DNA of 64,000 nucleotides from a bacterium (GCA_965213685.1 CBDBZY010000044.1:96001-160000); one strand, 5' to 3'. Positions 1 to 10,243 are shown, counted from the first letter of the stretch. Program-made: numbers and translations. The notes: generated from the sequence alone by a model not told the origin.

Positions 1-73
1 GGCGCGCGTTTCTCAATCGCCGTTTGCGTCAGCGGCCGCGCCGCTCCGATCATCGCGATAGCAGGGAGGAGCC

Positions 74-859
74 ATGGATTTGGGATTGAGGGGGAAGGCC
101 GCCATCGTCACCGGCGGGAGTGCGGGCCTGGGGCTGGCGGTTGCCCGGGAACTCGCGCGCGAGGGCTGCGACGTCTGCATCTGCGCGCGGAACGCGGAGC
201 GGCTGGCGGTCGCCAAGCGCGAGATTCAGGCGGCCTCCGAGGGCGTGGTGCTCGCCGTGTGCTGCGACGTGGGCGTCCCCGGGGACGTCGCCCGCGTCGT
301 GGAGGAGACGCTCGCCCTTTTCGGCACCGTGCACGTCCTGGTGAGCAACGCCGGCGTGAGCACGACCAGGGATTTCCTGGACGTCGAGCGCGCCGACTGG
401 GAACGCTCCATGGCCAGCATCCTGTACGCCGCCTCGGAGTTCAGCCGCCTGGTCATTCCCCACATGCGCAGACAGGGGTGGGGCCGCATCATCATGACGG
501 GCTCCACGAGCAGCCGCCAGCCCCGGCGCCGCCGCGCGGTGTCGAACGCCTCGAAGGCGGCGCTGCTGAACTTTGCGAAATCCCTGGCGGGCGAGTTCGT
601 GCGGGACGGCATTCTGGTCAACGTCGTGAACCCGGGGCGCTTCGCCACCCACTGGCCCGAGCGCATCGCCGCGATGGCGAGGCGGAGCGGCCGCTCCGAG
701 GAGGAGGTGCACGCGGAGGTTGTGAAGGACATCGCCATGGGTCGCCTAGGCGAGGCGGAGGAGTTCGCGGCGGCGGTGGCGTTTCTCGCCAGTGCGCGCG
801 CGAGCTACATCACCGGCGCGGCACTGCAGGTGGACGGGGGGGAGTGGGGTTCGATTTGA
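74..859 (+). CDS. SDR family oxidoreductase (3-oxoacyl-ACP reductase-like subgroup)
   Basis: TGGSAGLG Rossmann motif, SNAG, C-terminal ASYITGAALQVDGG; the YxxxK position reads SNASK; GGAGGA RBS upstream. Confidence 0.9.
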   Translation: MDLGLRGKAAIVTGGSAGLGLAVARELAREGCDVCICARNAERLAVAKREIQAASEGVVLAVCCDVGVPGDVARVVEETLALFGTVHVLVSNAGVSTTRDFLDVERADWERSMASILYAASEFSRLVIPHMRRQGWGRIIMTGSTSSRQPRRRRAVSNASKAALLNFAKSLAGEFVRDGILVNVVNPGRFATHWPERIAAMARRSGRSEEEVHAEVVKDIAMGRLGEAEEFAAAVAFLASARASYITGAALQVDGGEWGSI

Positions 860-895
860 GTATCCGCCAGCGGGTTTGGGCCGCCGCCCCGCGCT

Positions 896-1261
896 TCATG
901 CGGCGAGATGAAAGCCCGCCCAGACGGCGAGCAGACACCCCGCGACAGAGAGGGCGACGTAGAGTGCGGCCAGACGCCAGGAACCCTCCTGGAGCAGCTG
1001 GAGGGTTTCGAGGCTGAATGCGGAGAAGGTGGTGAACCCGCCCAAGAGGCCGACGATGAGGAACAGGCGGCCCCCCGCGCCGAGGAATTCTCCGGAGAGA
1101 AACAGGCGGGAGGCCCACCCGATGGCGAAAGAGCCTATCAGGTTGACGGCCAGCGTGCCGAAAAACCAGCCCCCGCCCAGCCACCGGTGAACGCCGAGCA
1201 CGAGTCCGTAGCGCAGCGCGCTGCCGATGGCACCGCCGCCCGCCACCCAGAGCCAGTTCAA
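896..1261 (-). CDS. crcB: Fluoride efflux channel CrcB/Fluc
   Basis: GGAIGSALRY, GTLAVNLIGSF and GLLGGFTTFSAF signatures; start moved to TTG 1261 behind a GGAGGG RBS. Confidence 0.93.
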   Translation of the reverse strand: MNWLWVAGGGAIGSALRYGLVLGVHRWLGGGWFFGTLAVNLIGSFAIGWASRLFLSGEFLGAGGRLFLIVGLLGGFTTFSAFSLETLQLLQEGSWRLAALYVALSVAGCLLAVWAGFHLAA

Positions 1262-1338
1262 GGTCGCCCTCCCCCCTCCGTGCGGGATGACCGCGCGCCC
1301 GCGCGCGACTTGTGGGGAAAATGACACCGTTCCCGCCT

Positions 1339-1449
1339 CCGCGCAAGAGTTTTAAACCCCCTCCGCTTTTGCGGACCTTCCTCCTTTTGCCCTAACCCGG
1401 GGCCCCGCGCGCGCCGCGCAAGGGTTTTGCGCCGCCTCCGCTTTTGCGG
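1339..1449. repeat. Two imperfect 36-bp direct repeats (1339-1374, 1414-1449)
   Basis: ccgcgcaagagttttaaaccccctccgcttttgcgg vs ccgcgcaagggttttgcgccgcctccgcttttgcgg, 31/36 identical, 39 bp apart. Confidence 0.8.
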
Positions 1450-1476
1450 GGCGCCGTTGTCTCCTACAATGGACGG

Positions 1477-2712
1477 ATGGACGAAACGATGGAAAACGGC
1501 GCCGTGGAAGACTGGAAAGCGCAGCTGGGCGACGCGCTGCGCGGACTCATGGACGCGAGCCTGCACCGGAGCTTGCGCACGGTCGAGGGGACGCAGGGCC
1601 CCACCGTGCGCTGTGGCGGCAGGACGCTCGTCAACCTGTCGAGCAACAACTATCTGGGGTTGGCGGATCATCCCGCGATCATAGAAGCGTCCGTGGAGGC
1701 GCTCAGGGCCTCGGGCGCGAGTGCCGCCGCCTCTCCCCTCATCTCCGGCCACATGGCACCGCACGAGAACCTGGCGCGGGAGTTGGCGAGGTTCAAGGAG
1801 AAGGCCGCCGCGATCTTGTTCGGCTCGGGGTTTCTGGCGAACCTGGGGCTGCTCGCGTCCCTGGCGGGGGAGGGGGACGCCATTTTCAGCGACGCCCTCA
1901 ACCACGCCAGCATCGTGGACGGGTGCCGCCTCTCGCGGGCGGAGGTCCGCGTCTATCCGCACAAGGACATGAACCGCCTGGAGGACGCCCTGCGGGGAGC
2001 GTCCGCCGCGCGCCGGAAGATCATCGTGACGGATGGCGTTTTCAGCATGGACGGCGACCTCGCCCCCCTGCCCGACATGTGCGTCCTCGCGCGAAGGTAC
2101 GGCGCGGCGCTGCTGGTGGACGACGCCCACGGCACGGGGGTTCTCGGCGAGGGCGGAAGGGGGAGCGGCGCGTATTTCGGGGTGCGGGAGGGCGTCTCCG
2201 TGTCCATGGGCACGCTGGGAAAGGCGCTGGCCTCCCATGGCGCGTTCGCGTGCGCGGATGCGGAGGTGGTGGATTATCTCGTCAACAGCGCCCGCTCCTA
2301 CATCTATTCCACGAGCCTGCCGCCCGCCGTCGCCGCCGCCTCTTCCGCCGCCCTTCGCCTCGCCTGCGGGCCGGAGGGGGAGCGGCGCCGGCGGAGTCTG
2401 GCGAACCTGTGCGCGCGCTTTCGCGCCGGGCTGCGCCACATCGGGATTCCGGTGGACGATCCGCCCCCCGGTGCGGAGATACCGATTTTTCCGATACGCA
2501 TCCGGGACGCGAAAAAAACGCTGGCGCTGGCGGAGCGCCTGAGGGCGGCGGGCGTGTATCTGGTGGCCATCCGCCCGCCCACGGTGCCCCCGGGCACGAG
2601 CAGGCTCCGGGCCACCCTGATGGCGACGCACACCGAAGCGCAAATTGACAGGACGCTCGACGCCCTCGAGGCGGGGCTCCGGAGGCTGGACGCGGCCCCC
2701 GGCGGGGACTAG
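1477..2712 (+). CDS. bioF: 8-amino-7-oxononanoate synthase
   Basis: SSNNYLGLA, FSDALNHASIVDG, DGVFSMDGD, VDDAHG, GTLGKALA (PLP Lys), AIRPPTVP; ATG 1477 preferred over TTG 1444. Confidence 0.92.
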   Translation: MDETMENGAVEDWKAQLGDALRGLMDASLHRSLRTVEGTQGPTVRCGGRTLVNLSSNNYLGLADHPAIIEASVEALRASGASAAASPLISGHMAPHENLARELARFKEKAAAILFGSGFLANLGLLASLAGEGDAIFSDALNHASIVDGCRLSRAEVRVYPHKDMNRLEDALRGASAARRKIIVTDGVFSMDGDLAPLPDMCVLARRYGAALLVDDAHGTGVLGEGGRGSGAYFGVREGVSVSMGTLGKALASHGAFACADAEVVDYLVNSARSYIYSTSLPPAVAAASSAALRLACGPEGERRRRSLANLCARFRAGLRHIGIPVDDPPPGAEIPIFPIRIRDAKKTLALAERLRAAGVYLVAIRPPTVPPGTSRLRATLMATHTEAQIDRTLDALEAGLRRLDAAPGGD

Positions 2713-2721
2713 GCGGTCGGC

Positions 2722-3724
2722 CTAGTCGATTTCCACCACCACGCCGCCCACCAGGTTGCCTCGCTCCACGGCCTCGTGCGCACGCGCGAGCGCGTCGAGC
2801 GGAAAAACCCCGGCGACGCGGTGGGAGAGTGCCCCCTCCTCCATGGCGCAGGTGATGTCCCGCGCCGCCTGCCGCAGCGCGTCCGGCGGGCAGCAATGAA
2901 TCATCACCAGGCGGATGGTGACGTTGTTGAGCATGAGCTCATAGTGGGGAAAGCGGGGCGTCCTGTCTCCCATGGATGAATACGAGGCGATCCCGCCGTT
3001 GGTTTTCAGGATTTTGTAGTGCATCCCCCAGTTCACGCCCAGGTTCACGTCGACGACGCGGTCCACGCCCTCCCCGCCGGTGATCTCCCGTATCCTTTTC
3101 ACGGGGTCCTCCGCGCGGTAGTTGATGATGTGGTCGGCCGCCCCCGCCCGCTCCGCCTTGCTGTCGGAGCTCACCGTGGCGATGACGCGGGCACCCCCCC
3201 ATTTGGCCAGCTGCACCGCATAGCTGCCCACGCGGCCGGCCCCCGCCCGTCACCAGAACCGTCTTGCCCGCGATGGGGCCGTCCGCGTGGAGGCAGCGGT
3301 GCGCCGTCATGGCGGGAATTCCGAGGCAGGCGCCCTCGGCGAACGTGGCGCTCTCGGGCAGGCGAACCAGGAGTCGGGCGGGCAGGCATACGTATTGCGC
3401 CGCGGTGCCGAACGCCCGCCTGTAGCGCGCGTTGTAGACCCATACCCTCTCGCCGACCGCGCAGCCGGCCGCCCCCGCCCCGAGCCTGTCCACGACCCCC
3501 GCGCCGTCGTTGTGGGGAATGATTCTCGGATAATCCGGAAAATGCCGAAAATAGCCCCAATCCTCCGCCCCCTGGCCGGCGCGGCGCTTGCAGTCCGTCG
3601 GGTTGACGCCCGACGCGCGAAGCCTCACGCGGGCCTCCCCCGGGGCGGGCTCGGGCGCATCCATCTCCCCGATTGCGATCACCTCGCGCGCGCTGCCCTT
3701 GTGCTCATACCATCCCGCCCGCAT
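2722..3724 (-). pseudogene. NADPH:quinone oxidoreductase (MDR family), frameshifted
   Basis: N-half (ASGVNPTD...IPHNDGAG...VLVTGG) and C-half (VGSYAVQLAKW...) lie in different frames; removing one base from the C5 run at 3240-3244 restores TGGAGRVG. May be a sequencing error. Confidence 0.75.
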
Positions 3725-3751
3725 GGCCTGCGCCCTCCCTCCTGGAAAACG

Positions 3752-4180
3752 CTATCCGTGGGTGAACGCGATGCCCAGATAGACGACGATGGCGGCGAGG
3801 ATCAGGTTGAGCAGGAGCCACTCCTTGCGCTTCGCCTTCATCCCTTCAAAGCCTTTCGGCAGGGTGAGCGCCACGCCCACGAAAACGATGACGAGCGCCA
3901 GGATGATCTTGGCGACCAGCGATCCCGGAACCGCGAGGCCGCTCCGGACGAGGCGGGTGACGTGGTGAAGCCCCGTCAGTATCAGCACGAGGAAGGAGCC
4001 GTGGAGGATCGGCACGAATTTTTTTTGAACGCTCCCCAGAAACGACCGCCGCTCGGACTCGGGCAACCCCTCCGCCGCCGGCATGACCACGAAGCGAAGG
4101 AAGGCCACGCCGCCGACCGCCAGAATCGCGCTCAGGACGTGAAGGGTGGTGATGATGAGGTTTCCCGTGCTGTATCCCAT
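3752..4180 (-). CDS. Small four-TM membrane protein (CopD/DUF2269-like)
   Basis: LHVLSAILAVGG...F motif and four hydrophobic segments. Confidence 0.65.
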   Translation of the reverse strand: MGYSTGNLIITTLHVLSAILAVGGVAFLRFVVMPAAEGLPESERRSFLGSVQKKFVPILHGSFLVLILTGLHHVTRLVRSGLAVPGSLVAKIILALVIVFVGVALTLPKGFEGMKAKRKEWLLLNLILAAIVVYLGIAFTHG

Positions 4181-4288
4181 AAAGCGGTCTCCCATGAATG
4201 GCCCATGAATGGCGAGGAATGTCCCCAGTCCGCGTTCTCCGCCGCGCCGGCGCAATGGAAATGCGGGTCGCGCGCGCGCGTCCGCGCG

Positions 4289-4984
4289 TCATGGCGCCTC
4301 CCCGCGGCGCATCACGCCGAGCGGTTCAGCGATGAGGAGCTCGGGCTCGCTCACCCGCTGCACGTCGTCTCTCGTCAGGCCGTCGGCCACCTCCCGCAGG
4401 CGCGGGCCCTCGGGGGTGAACTCGATGAACGCGACGTCGGTGAAGAGCTTGGTGACCACCCCGCGCGCGGTGAGGGGATAGGTGCACGCATCCAGGAGTT
4501 TCCGCTCCCCGCCCTTCGTGGTGTGGGTCATGATGGCGTAGACCTCGCGGGCGCACGCTGCGAGGTCCATCGCCCCGCCGATGCCGCCTTTGCCCAGCCC
4601 CGGCACCGTCCAGTTCGCCAGGTCGCCGCGCGCGGAAACCTGGAGGGCGCCCATGACGGCGATGTCAATGTGGCCGCCGCGTATCATGGCGAAGGCGTCG
4701 GCGTGCCCGAACACGGAGGCGCCCGGAAGCGCGGTGATGGGCTCCCTCGAGGCGTTGATGTAGTCCTTGTCCTCCTGGCCGGCCGCGGGCCTCGGCCCCG
4801 CTCCGATGATCCCGTTTTCGGCCATGAACATCACGCCGCGCTCCGCGCCCACGTAATTCGCCACCAGCGTGGGGACGCCGATGCCCAGGTTCACCACGGC
4901 CCCCCCGGGCAGCTCGGCGGCCACGCGCCGCGCCATGTCGGCCGGCTGGAGGGCGCGGTTCCTATGTTTCGGATCGGAGGCCAA
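4289..4984 (-). CDS. 3-oxoacid CoA-transferase subunit B
   Basis: VNLGIGVPT, AENGIIG (catalytic Glu), GALQVS..GDLANW, GGAMDL; TTG start inferred. Confidence 0.9.
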   Translation of the reverse strand: MASDPKHRNRALQPADMARRVAAELPGGAVVNLGIGVPTLVANYVGAERGVMFMAENGIIGAGPRPAAGQEDKDYINASREPITALPGASVFGHADAFAMIRGGHIDIAVMGALQVSARGDLANWTVPGLGKGGIGGAMDLAACAREVYAIMTHTTKGGERKLLDACTYPLTARGVVTKLFTDVAFIEFTPEGPRLREVADGLTRDDVQRVSEPELLIAEPLGVMRRGEAP

Positions 4985-5651
4985 GGTCCTCTCCCCGCAC
5001 GACGCGCTGCACGTAGATGGAGGGCGTGTGCACATGCTCGGGGGCGATGGCGCCGGGCGGCGCGATTTCCTCCACCTCGGCGATGGTGAGCGGAGCGGCC
5101 GTCGCCATGACGGGGTTGAAGTTTCCGGCAGTCCCCCGGTAGGTGAGGTTCCCCGCCGCGTCGGCCCGGTGGGCCTTGATGATGGCGAAGTCGCCGGGCA
5201 GCGGATATTCGAGCAGCGCCTCGCGGCCGCCTATCGTGCGGCTCTCCTTGCCCTCCGCCGCCTGGGTGCCGACGCCGGTGGGCGTGTAGAAGGCGGGAAT
5301 CCCGGCGCCCGCCGCCCGGATTCTCTCGGCCATGGTCCCCTGCGGAATCTGTTCGAGTTCGATCTTTCCCTCCAGGAACAGCTCCCGGAACACGAACGCG
5401 CTCTTGTGGAAGGCGTAGCTGCAAATGACCTTCCGCACCTTTCCCTGCCGGAGGAGGACGGCCAGGCCGCGCTCCCCGAATCCCGCGTGGTTGGTGACGA
5501 CGGTGAGGCCGCGGGCGGGGTGCTCCGCCATCGCGACCAGGAGGTTTTCCGGAATCCCCGCGCCGCCGAACCCGCCCAGCAGGATGGTGGCGCCGTCGGG
5601 AATGTCGGCGATGGCGGCTTTCGACGATGGGTACACCTTCTCGGAAGCCAA
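4962..5651 (-). CDS. 3-oxoacid CoA-transferase subunit A
   Basis: DGATILLGGFG, PQGTMAERIRAAGAGIPAFYTPTGVGT, GNFNPVMATAA. Confidence 0.92.
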   Translation of the reverse strand: MASEKVYPSSKAAIADIPDGATILLGGFGGAGIPENLLVAMAEHPARGLTVVTNHAGFGERGLAVLLRQGKVRKVICSYAFHKSAFVFRELFLEGKIELEQIPQGTMAERIRAAGAGIPAFYTPTGVGTQAAEGKESRTIGGREALLEYPLPGDFAIIKAHRADAAGNLTYRGTAGNFNPVMATAAPLTIAEVEEIAPPGAIAPEHVHTPSIYVQRVVRGEDLGLRSET

Positions 5652-5816
5652 GGGCCGCTCTCTTTTTTCTGGAGAAAATCCACGATTGCGCCCATCCGCG
5701 CGAACCTCAGCTCCATTTATGCGTCATTGCCCGGGAAAAATCCAGGTCGGCCGGGGGCTTGCCTCCAGGTGCCGGGTGGCCTAGAGTGCGGGTTTTATTT
5801 TCCGAAGGAGCGAGAG

Positions 5817-7400
5817 GTGGCGAAACAACCCGGACGCACCCCGCAGCCCCGGCCAGGAGGGGTCGCAGGCTGGTATCTGTATGTCGCGGTTTTTCTCTCC
5901 GGCGGCTCCATCCTCGTGCTGGAAATCGCGGCGGGGCGCGTGCTCGCTCCCCATTTCGGCAACACGCTCTACACGTGGACCTCGATGATCGGCATCATCC
6001 TGGCCGCGTTGAGCGTGGGCTATTCCATCGGGGGGAGGCTGGCGGACCGAAGGCCGTCGGCCAGGCTGTTTTTCCTGCTCATGCTGGGCGGGGCGGGCCT
6101 GGTGGCGCTGGTGCCGGCCCTTAGGGGCCTCCTGCTGCCGTCGATGGAGCGGGGCTTCAGCCTGCGGTCCGGCCCCGTGTTCGCCGGTCTGCTGCTTTTC
6201 GCCGCGCCGAGCTGCGTGCTCGCCACGCTGACGCCCTTCGCGGTGAAGCTCGCCGCGCGGGGCGAGGAGCGGCTGGGGGCGGTGACCGGCAACCTGTTCA
6301 CCTGGTCGACTGTCGGGAGCATCGCCGGTACGTTCGCGACCGGCTTTTTCTTCATCCCCTGGTTCGGGCTGAACGCCATTTTCCTGGCGACGGCGGGCGC
6401 GCTGGCGCTCACGGCGCTCCTGGGGCTTTTCCTCTCCGGCGAGTTGTCGGCGCTCTTCTCGAAGCGAAACGCCCGGGCGCACCTGCCGCTCGTTGCGTTC
6501 GTCGCGCTCTCGGGGCTGACGGGCGCCGCCTGGCTGGGCGTCATCCCCGGGGCCGGGGGGGAGAGGACGATCTGGGTGCAGGAGAACATGTACCACATGA
6601 TTCGCGTGTTCGAGAGCGCGGAGGCGGACGGCGTGCGGGTGCGCGAGATGTATCTGGACCATCAGCCCGAGGGGGCGATGGTCGTGGGCGACGACAGGAG
6701 GTTCTTTTATGAGTACACCCGCTTTCTCGAGCTGGGCCCGCTGTTCGCGCCCCACATGAAGAGCGCGCTGTTCATCGGCGGCGGCGCTTTTACGATGCCC
6801 AAGGCCTTGCGCCTCATCAGGCCGGATGCGGAGGTCGTCGTGGCCGAGCTGGATGCGGACGTCGTCCGCGCGGGACGCCGCTTCTTCCGGCTCGGGGAGT
6901 TCCCGAAGGTGCGGACGATGGTGGGCGACGGCAGGCGCATTCTGCGGCAATCGGGACGGACGTATGACTTCATCGTGGGCGACGCCTACCGCGGGTTGCG
7001 GAACATACCGCCCCATCTCATCACCCGGGAGTTTTTCCGGGAAGCGCGCGCGCGTCTCGCCCCCGGCGGGGTGTTCATGCTGAACCTGATCGGCTACCGC
7101 TCGGGCCCCGGAAGCGCGATATACGCATCCGTCCACCGGACCATGGAGGGGGTGTTTCCCGAGGTGTTCGCGTATAGCACGGATCCCTCCGCCCCCGCCC
7201 GCGCGCAGAACATCCTGATTTTCGGGTTCCGCGACGAGGACGCGGGCCGGTTCCGCCGCGCGGGGGAGCGGATGCGCCGCGACCCGAAGTTCCGCTTCGC
7301 CGCGCGCGCGCGCGTGGCGCCCCCGGACGCGCGCGTGTATGGACCGGTGCTGACGGACGATTACAATCCGGTGGAATACCTGATCGAACGGGGACTCTAA
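5817..7400 (+). CDS. Fused membrane (MFS-like)/spermidine synthase-like SAM-binding protein
   Basis: N-terminal TM block (LEIAAGRVLAPHFG...GGRLADR), then IGGGAF, AELD, GDGR, DAY..IPPHLITREFF, LTDDYNPVE; GTG 5817 with AAGGAG RBS. Confidence 0.88.
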   Translation: MAKQPGRTPQPRPGGVAGWYLYVAVFLSGGSILVLEIAAGRVLAPHFGNTLYTWTSMIGIILAALSVGYSIGGRLADRRPSARLFFLLMLGGAGLVALVPALRGLLLPSMERGFSLRSGPVFAGLLLFAAPSCVLATLTPFAVKLAARGEERLGAVTGNLFTWSTVGSIAGTFATGFFFIPWFGLNAIFLATAGALALTALLGLFLSGELSALFSKRNARAHLPLVAFVALSGLTGAAWLGVIPGAGGERTIWVQENMYHMIRVFESAEADGVRVREMYLDHQPEGAMVVGDDRRFFYEYTRFLELGPLFAPHMKSALFIGGGAFTMPKALRLIRPDAEVVVAELDADVVRAGRRFFRLGEFPKVRTMVGDGRRILRQSGRTYDFIVGDAYRGLRNIPPHLITREFFREARARLAPGGVFMLNLIGYRSGPGSAIYASVHRTMEGVFPEVFAYSTDPSAPARAQNILIFGFRDEDAGRFRRAGERMRRDPKFRFAARARVAPPDARVYGPVLTDDYNPVEYLIERGL

Positions 7401-7451
7401 GCCCCTCCGTCCGGACGGAGGCCGGGGCCGCCGGGGCGCGAAGGAGGAGCG

Positions 7452-8513
7452 ATGGGCAAGCACAGCATCGGGCTGATCCCCGCGGATGGAATCGGCCCCG
7501 AGGTCACCGGCGAGGCGGTGCGCGTTTTGCGGGCGTTGGCGAAAGCGCAGGACGGTCTGGAGTTTTCTTTCACGAGATACCCCTGGGGGAGCGATTTCTA
7601 TCACAAAACGGGCAGGATGTGCCCGGAGGATTTCCTGAAGCGGGTCCGACGCCACGACGCGATTCTGCTCGGCGCGGTGGGCAGGCCCGACATCCCCGAC
7701 CACATCACGCTCAACCAGCTGCTGCTCCCGCTTCGCAGGGGGTTTGACCTCTACGTCAACATGCGCCCCATCGTTCTCTACGAGGGGCTGGAATCGCCCC
7801 TTCGCGGCTATGCGGCGGGAGACATCGACATGCTCTTCTTCCGCGAGAACACGGAGGGAGAATACAGCCCCATCGGCGGCAGGCACTACGAGGGGTACCC
7901 ATCGGAGCTGGCCGCCCAGATCACGCTTTTCACGCGCACCGGCTGTGCGCGAATCATCGAGGCGGCGTTCGAGGCGGCGCTGAAGCGAAAAAAGCACGTG
8001 ACCAACGTCACGAAATCGAACGCGCAGGGCCATACCCTGGTCATGTGGGACGAGATTTTCGAGGAGGTGGCCTCCAGGAAGCACTACAGGGGGGTCAGGA
8101 CGGCGAAATATCTCGTCGACGCCGCCGCCCTGGAGTTCGTGCGGCGTCCGGAGCGCTTTGACGTCGTGGTCTCCACGAACCTGTTTGGCGACATCCTCAC
8201 GGACCTGGGCGCCGCCATCGTCGGAGGACTGGGGGTCGCCGCGAGCGCGAACACGAACCCCGGAGGCGGCGTGCCCGGCCTGTTCGAGCCCGTGCACGGC
8301 TCCGCGCCGGACATCATGGGCAAGGGAATCGCCAACCCGGCCGCCGCGCTGTTCTCCGCCGCCATGATGCTGGATTATCTGGGCGAGGAGGCGGCGGCCG
8401 CCCGGCTCGACGGCGCTGTTCGCGCGCATCTGGCCGAGGGGAACCGGACGGCGGATTTGGGCGGCAGCGGGACGACGAAGTCCGTGGCCTCCGACGTGAT
8501 CCGCAGACTCTAG
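7452..8513 (+). CDS. Tartrate/D-malate dehydrogenase (isocitrate/isopropylmalate dehydrogenase family)
   Basis: IPADGIGPEV, RENTEGEYS, TKSNA, NLFGDILTDL, FEPVHGSAPDI. Confidence 0.88.
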   Translation: MGKHSIGLIPADGIGPEVTGEAVRVLRALAKAQDGLEFSFTRYPWGSDFYHKTGRMCPEDFLKRVRRHDAILLGAVGRPDIPDHITLNQLLLPLRRGFDLYVNMRPIVLYEGLESPLRGYAAGDIDMLFFRENTEGEYSPIGGRHYEGYPSELAAQITLFTRTGCARIIEAAFEAALKRKKHVTNVTKSNAQGHTLVMWDEIFEEVASRKHYRGVRTAKYLVDAAALEFVRRPERFDVVVSTNLFGDILTDLGAAIVGGLGVAASANTNPGGGVPGLFEPVHGSAPDIMGKGIANPAAALFSAAMMLDYLGEEAAAARLDGAVRAHLAEGNRTADLGGSGTTKSVASDVIRRL

Positions 8514-8530
8514 GCGCAAGGAGCGGCTCC

Positions 8531-9058
8531 ATGTCCATCGTCACGCGGCGGGGAGACGACGGGAACACCGACTTGTGGTTCGCGGACAGGGTGCCCAAGC
8601 ACCACCCCCAGGTGCAGGCCTATGGCGCGCTCGACGAGGCGAAGGCGGCCCTCGGCCTCGCCCGCTCGATGGCGCCCGCGTGGATGCGGCCCGAGATTCT
8701 GAAAATCCAGAAAGACCTCTATCTCGTGAGCAGCGACCTGGCGACGCTGCGGGGGAAGACCGGCAGGCTTCGGGAGCGCGCCGGCGCGCGCGAGGTCGCG
8801 TGGGCCGACCGCCAGGTGGCGCGCTATGAGCGGGAGATTCGGATAACCGACTGGGTGATCTCCGGAGACTCGCCCTGTGGTGCCGCCCTGGACATGGCGC
8901 TCACCATCATCCGCCGCGGCGAAAGGTGGGCGGTGTGGCTGCGCGACGAGGGCTACATCGACAACCCGGAACTGCTGGTCTACCTCAACCGCGTCTCCGA
9001 CCTCCTCTTTTTGATGGCGCGCGCGGCGGACAGGGAGCTGGAGATACCGCCCGCCTGA
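8531..9058 (+). CDS. PduO-type cob(I)alamin adenosyltransferase
   Basis: IVTRRGDDGNT, AYGALDE, RRGER, YLNRVSDLLFLMAR. Confidence 0.9.
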   Translation: MSIVTRRGDDGNTDLWFADRVPKHHPQVQAYGALDEAKAALGLARSMAPAWMRPEILKIQKDLYLVSSDLATLRGKTGRLRERAGAREVAWADRQVARYEREIRITDWVISGDSPCGAALDMALTIIRRGERWAVWLRDEGYIDNPELLVYLNRVSDLLFLMARAADRELEIPPA

Positions 9059-9157
9059 GCGGCCGCGCGCGCGGCGAGCGGATGCTCCGGACGCCCCCGC
9101 AGCACCGGCGCGCTTGTGCCCCCCGAGAGTCCCGCGGATCTTCCCCGCAGGGCCGCG

Positions 9158-10243
9158 TTATGCCAGATAGTAGTCGTACATGGCCTCCATCCCCACCTTG
9201 ATGGCCGCCGCGAGCGGCACGGCCAGCAGGATGCCGCCGAATCCCATGAGTTCGCCCCCTATCATGATGGACGCGAGCACCACCACGGGGTGGAGCCCCA
9301 CGCGGTTTCCCAGTATGCGGGGCACGAGGAACACGCCCGCCAGCGGCGAGAGGGTGGCGAACACGGCCAGCGTCGCCAGCGGGTGGAGCCAGTCCTGGTG
9401 GGCGATTCCGGAGAGCAGCAGGGCGACCGGCAGCGCCACTATCCATTCCACGTAGGGGAACATGCAGGATATGCCGGTGAGAATGCCCAGCACCAGCCAC
9501 AGCGGCATGTCCACGAGGAAGAAGCCCAGAACGTAGAGGGTGGAGAGGATGAGGGCGATCAGCAACTGGCCCTTGATGAAGGAGCCGAGGAGCTCGTCGA
9601 GCCGGGAGACCCTTTTTAGCACCTCCGCCCGGTAGTCGCGGTGCACGTAGGAGAGGAACGTTTCCGATATGTGGTCCCGATCCCGGAGGATGTAGAAGGT
9701 CATGACGGGGATGAGGATGAAATAGGCCACGCCGATGGCGATGGAGAAGAGGCCGCTCGTGGTCCGGAGCAGAAACGAGCCCCCCGTCTTGAGGGCGGAC
9801 ACGGGTATTTGCGCCAGCACGGCGAGGTTTTCGGCGAGGTATTCTTTCAGTTCGGCGGTCTGGGAGAGGCGCAGCCGATCCAGCGTGGCGATGAGCCATG
9901 ACTCGACGACGCGGATGTAGCCGGGGAGTTTCTGGACGAACGCCGATGTCTGCTTCTGCACCACGGGGGCGATGCTCGCCCACAGGAAGAAGAGGAGCAG
10001 GCCCAGCCCCAGCAGGAGGAGGAGGATGGCGAGGGTGCGCGGTATTTTCCGGCTCTCCAGAAAATTGACCAGAGGCTGCAGCACGTAGGCGAGAATGAAG
10101 GAGATCGCCAAGGGGATCAGCGCCGCCCGCGCGCTCACCAGAAGCCAGACGCAGCCGACGAGGATGAGGATGAGCCAGATTCTCTTCCAGGTGAGCATTT
10201 GGGGCGAGGAGGGCGGGGCGTTCATGGGTTTGTTGACCGTCAT
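9158..10243 (-). CDS. AI-2E family transporter
   Basis: LAYVLQPLVNFLE, FIKGQL, PRILGNRVGLHP, GGILLAVP; start approximate. Confidence 0.88.
   Translation of the reverse strand: MTVNKPMNAPPSSPQMLTWKRIWLILILVGCVWLLVSARAALIPLAISFILAYVLQPLVNFLESRKIPRTLAILLLLLGLGLLLFFLWASIAPVVQKQTSAFVQKLPGYIRVVESWLIATLDRLRLSQTAELKEYLAENLAVLAQIPVSALKTGGSFLLRTTSGLFSIAIGVAYFILIPVMTFYILRDRDHISETFLSYVHRDYRAEVLKRVSRLDELLGSFIKGQLLIALILSTLYVLGFFLVDMPLWLVLGILTGISCMFPYVEWIVALPVALLLSGIAHQDWLHPLATLAVFATLSPLAGVFLVPRILGNRVGLHPVVVLASIMIGGELMGFGGILLAVPLAAAIKVGMEAMYDYYLA

Noticed and set aside
74-859. SDR lacking the catalytic Tyr as a novelty
   Set aside because: The SNxxK/R variant is a known atypical SDR subgroup.
1262-1345. 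Fluoride riboswitch upstream of crcB
   Set aside because: Minus strand has GGGAACGGTGTC but lacks the GGCGAUGG..UCGCC/AAAC/GCUGAUGAC pattern; needs an Rfam scan.
1339-1449. Mini-CRISPR (36-bp repeat, 39-bp spacer)
   Set aside because: Only two units, five mismatches, no cas genes or leader.
5781-8519. 912-aa minus-strand ORF
   Set aside because: Antisense shadow of real genes, expected at high GC; no recognisable motifs.
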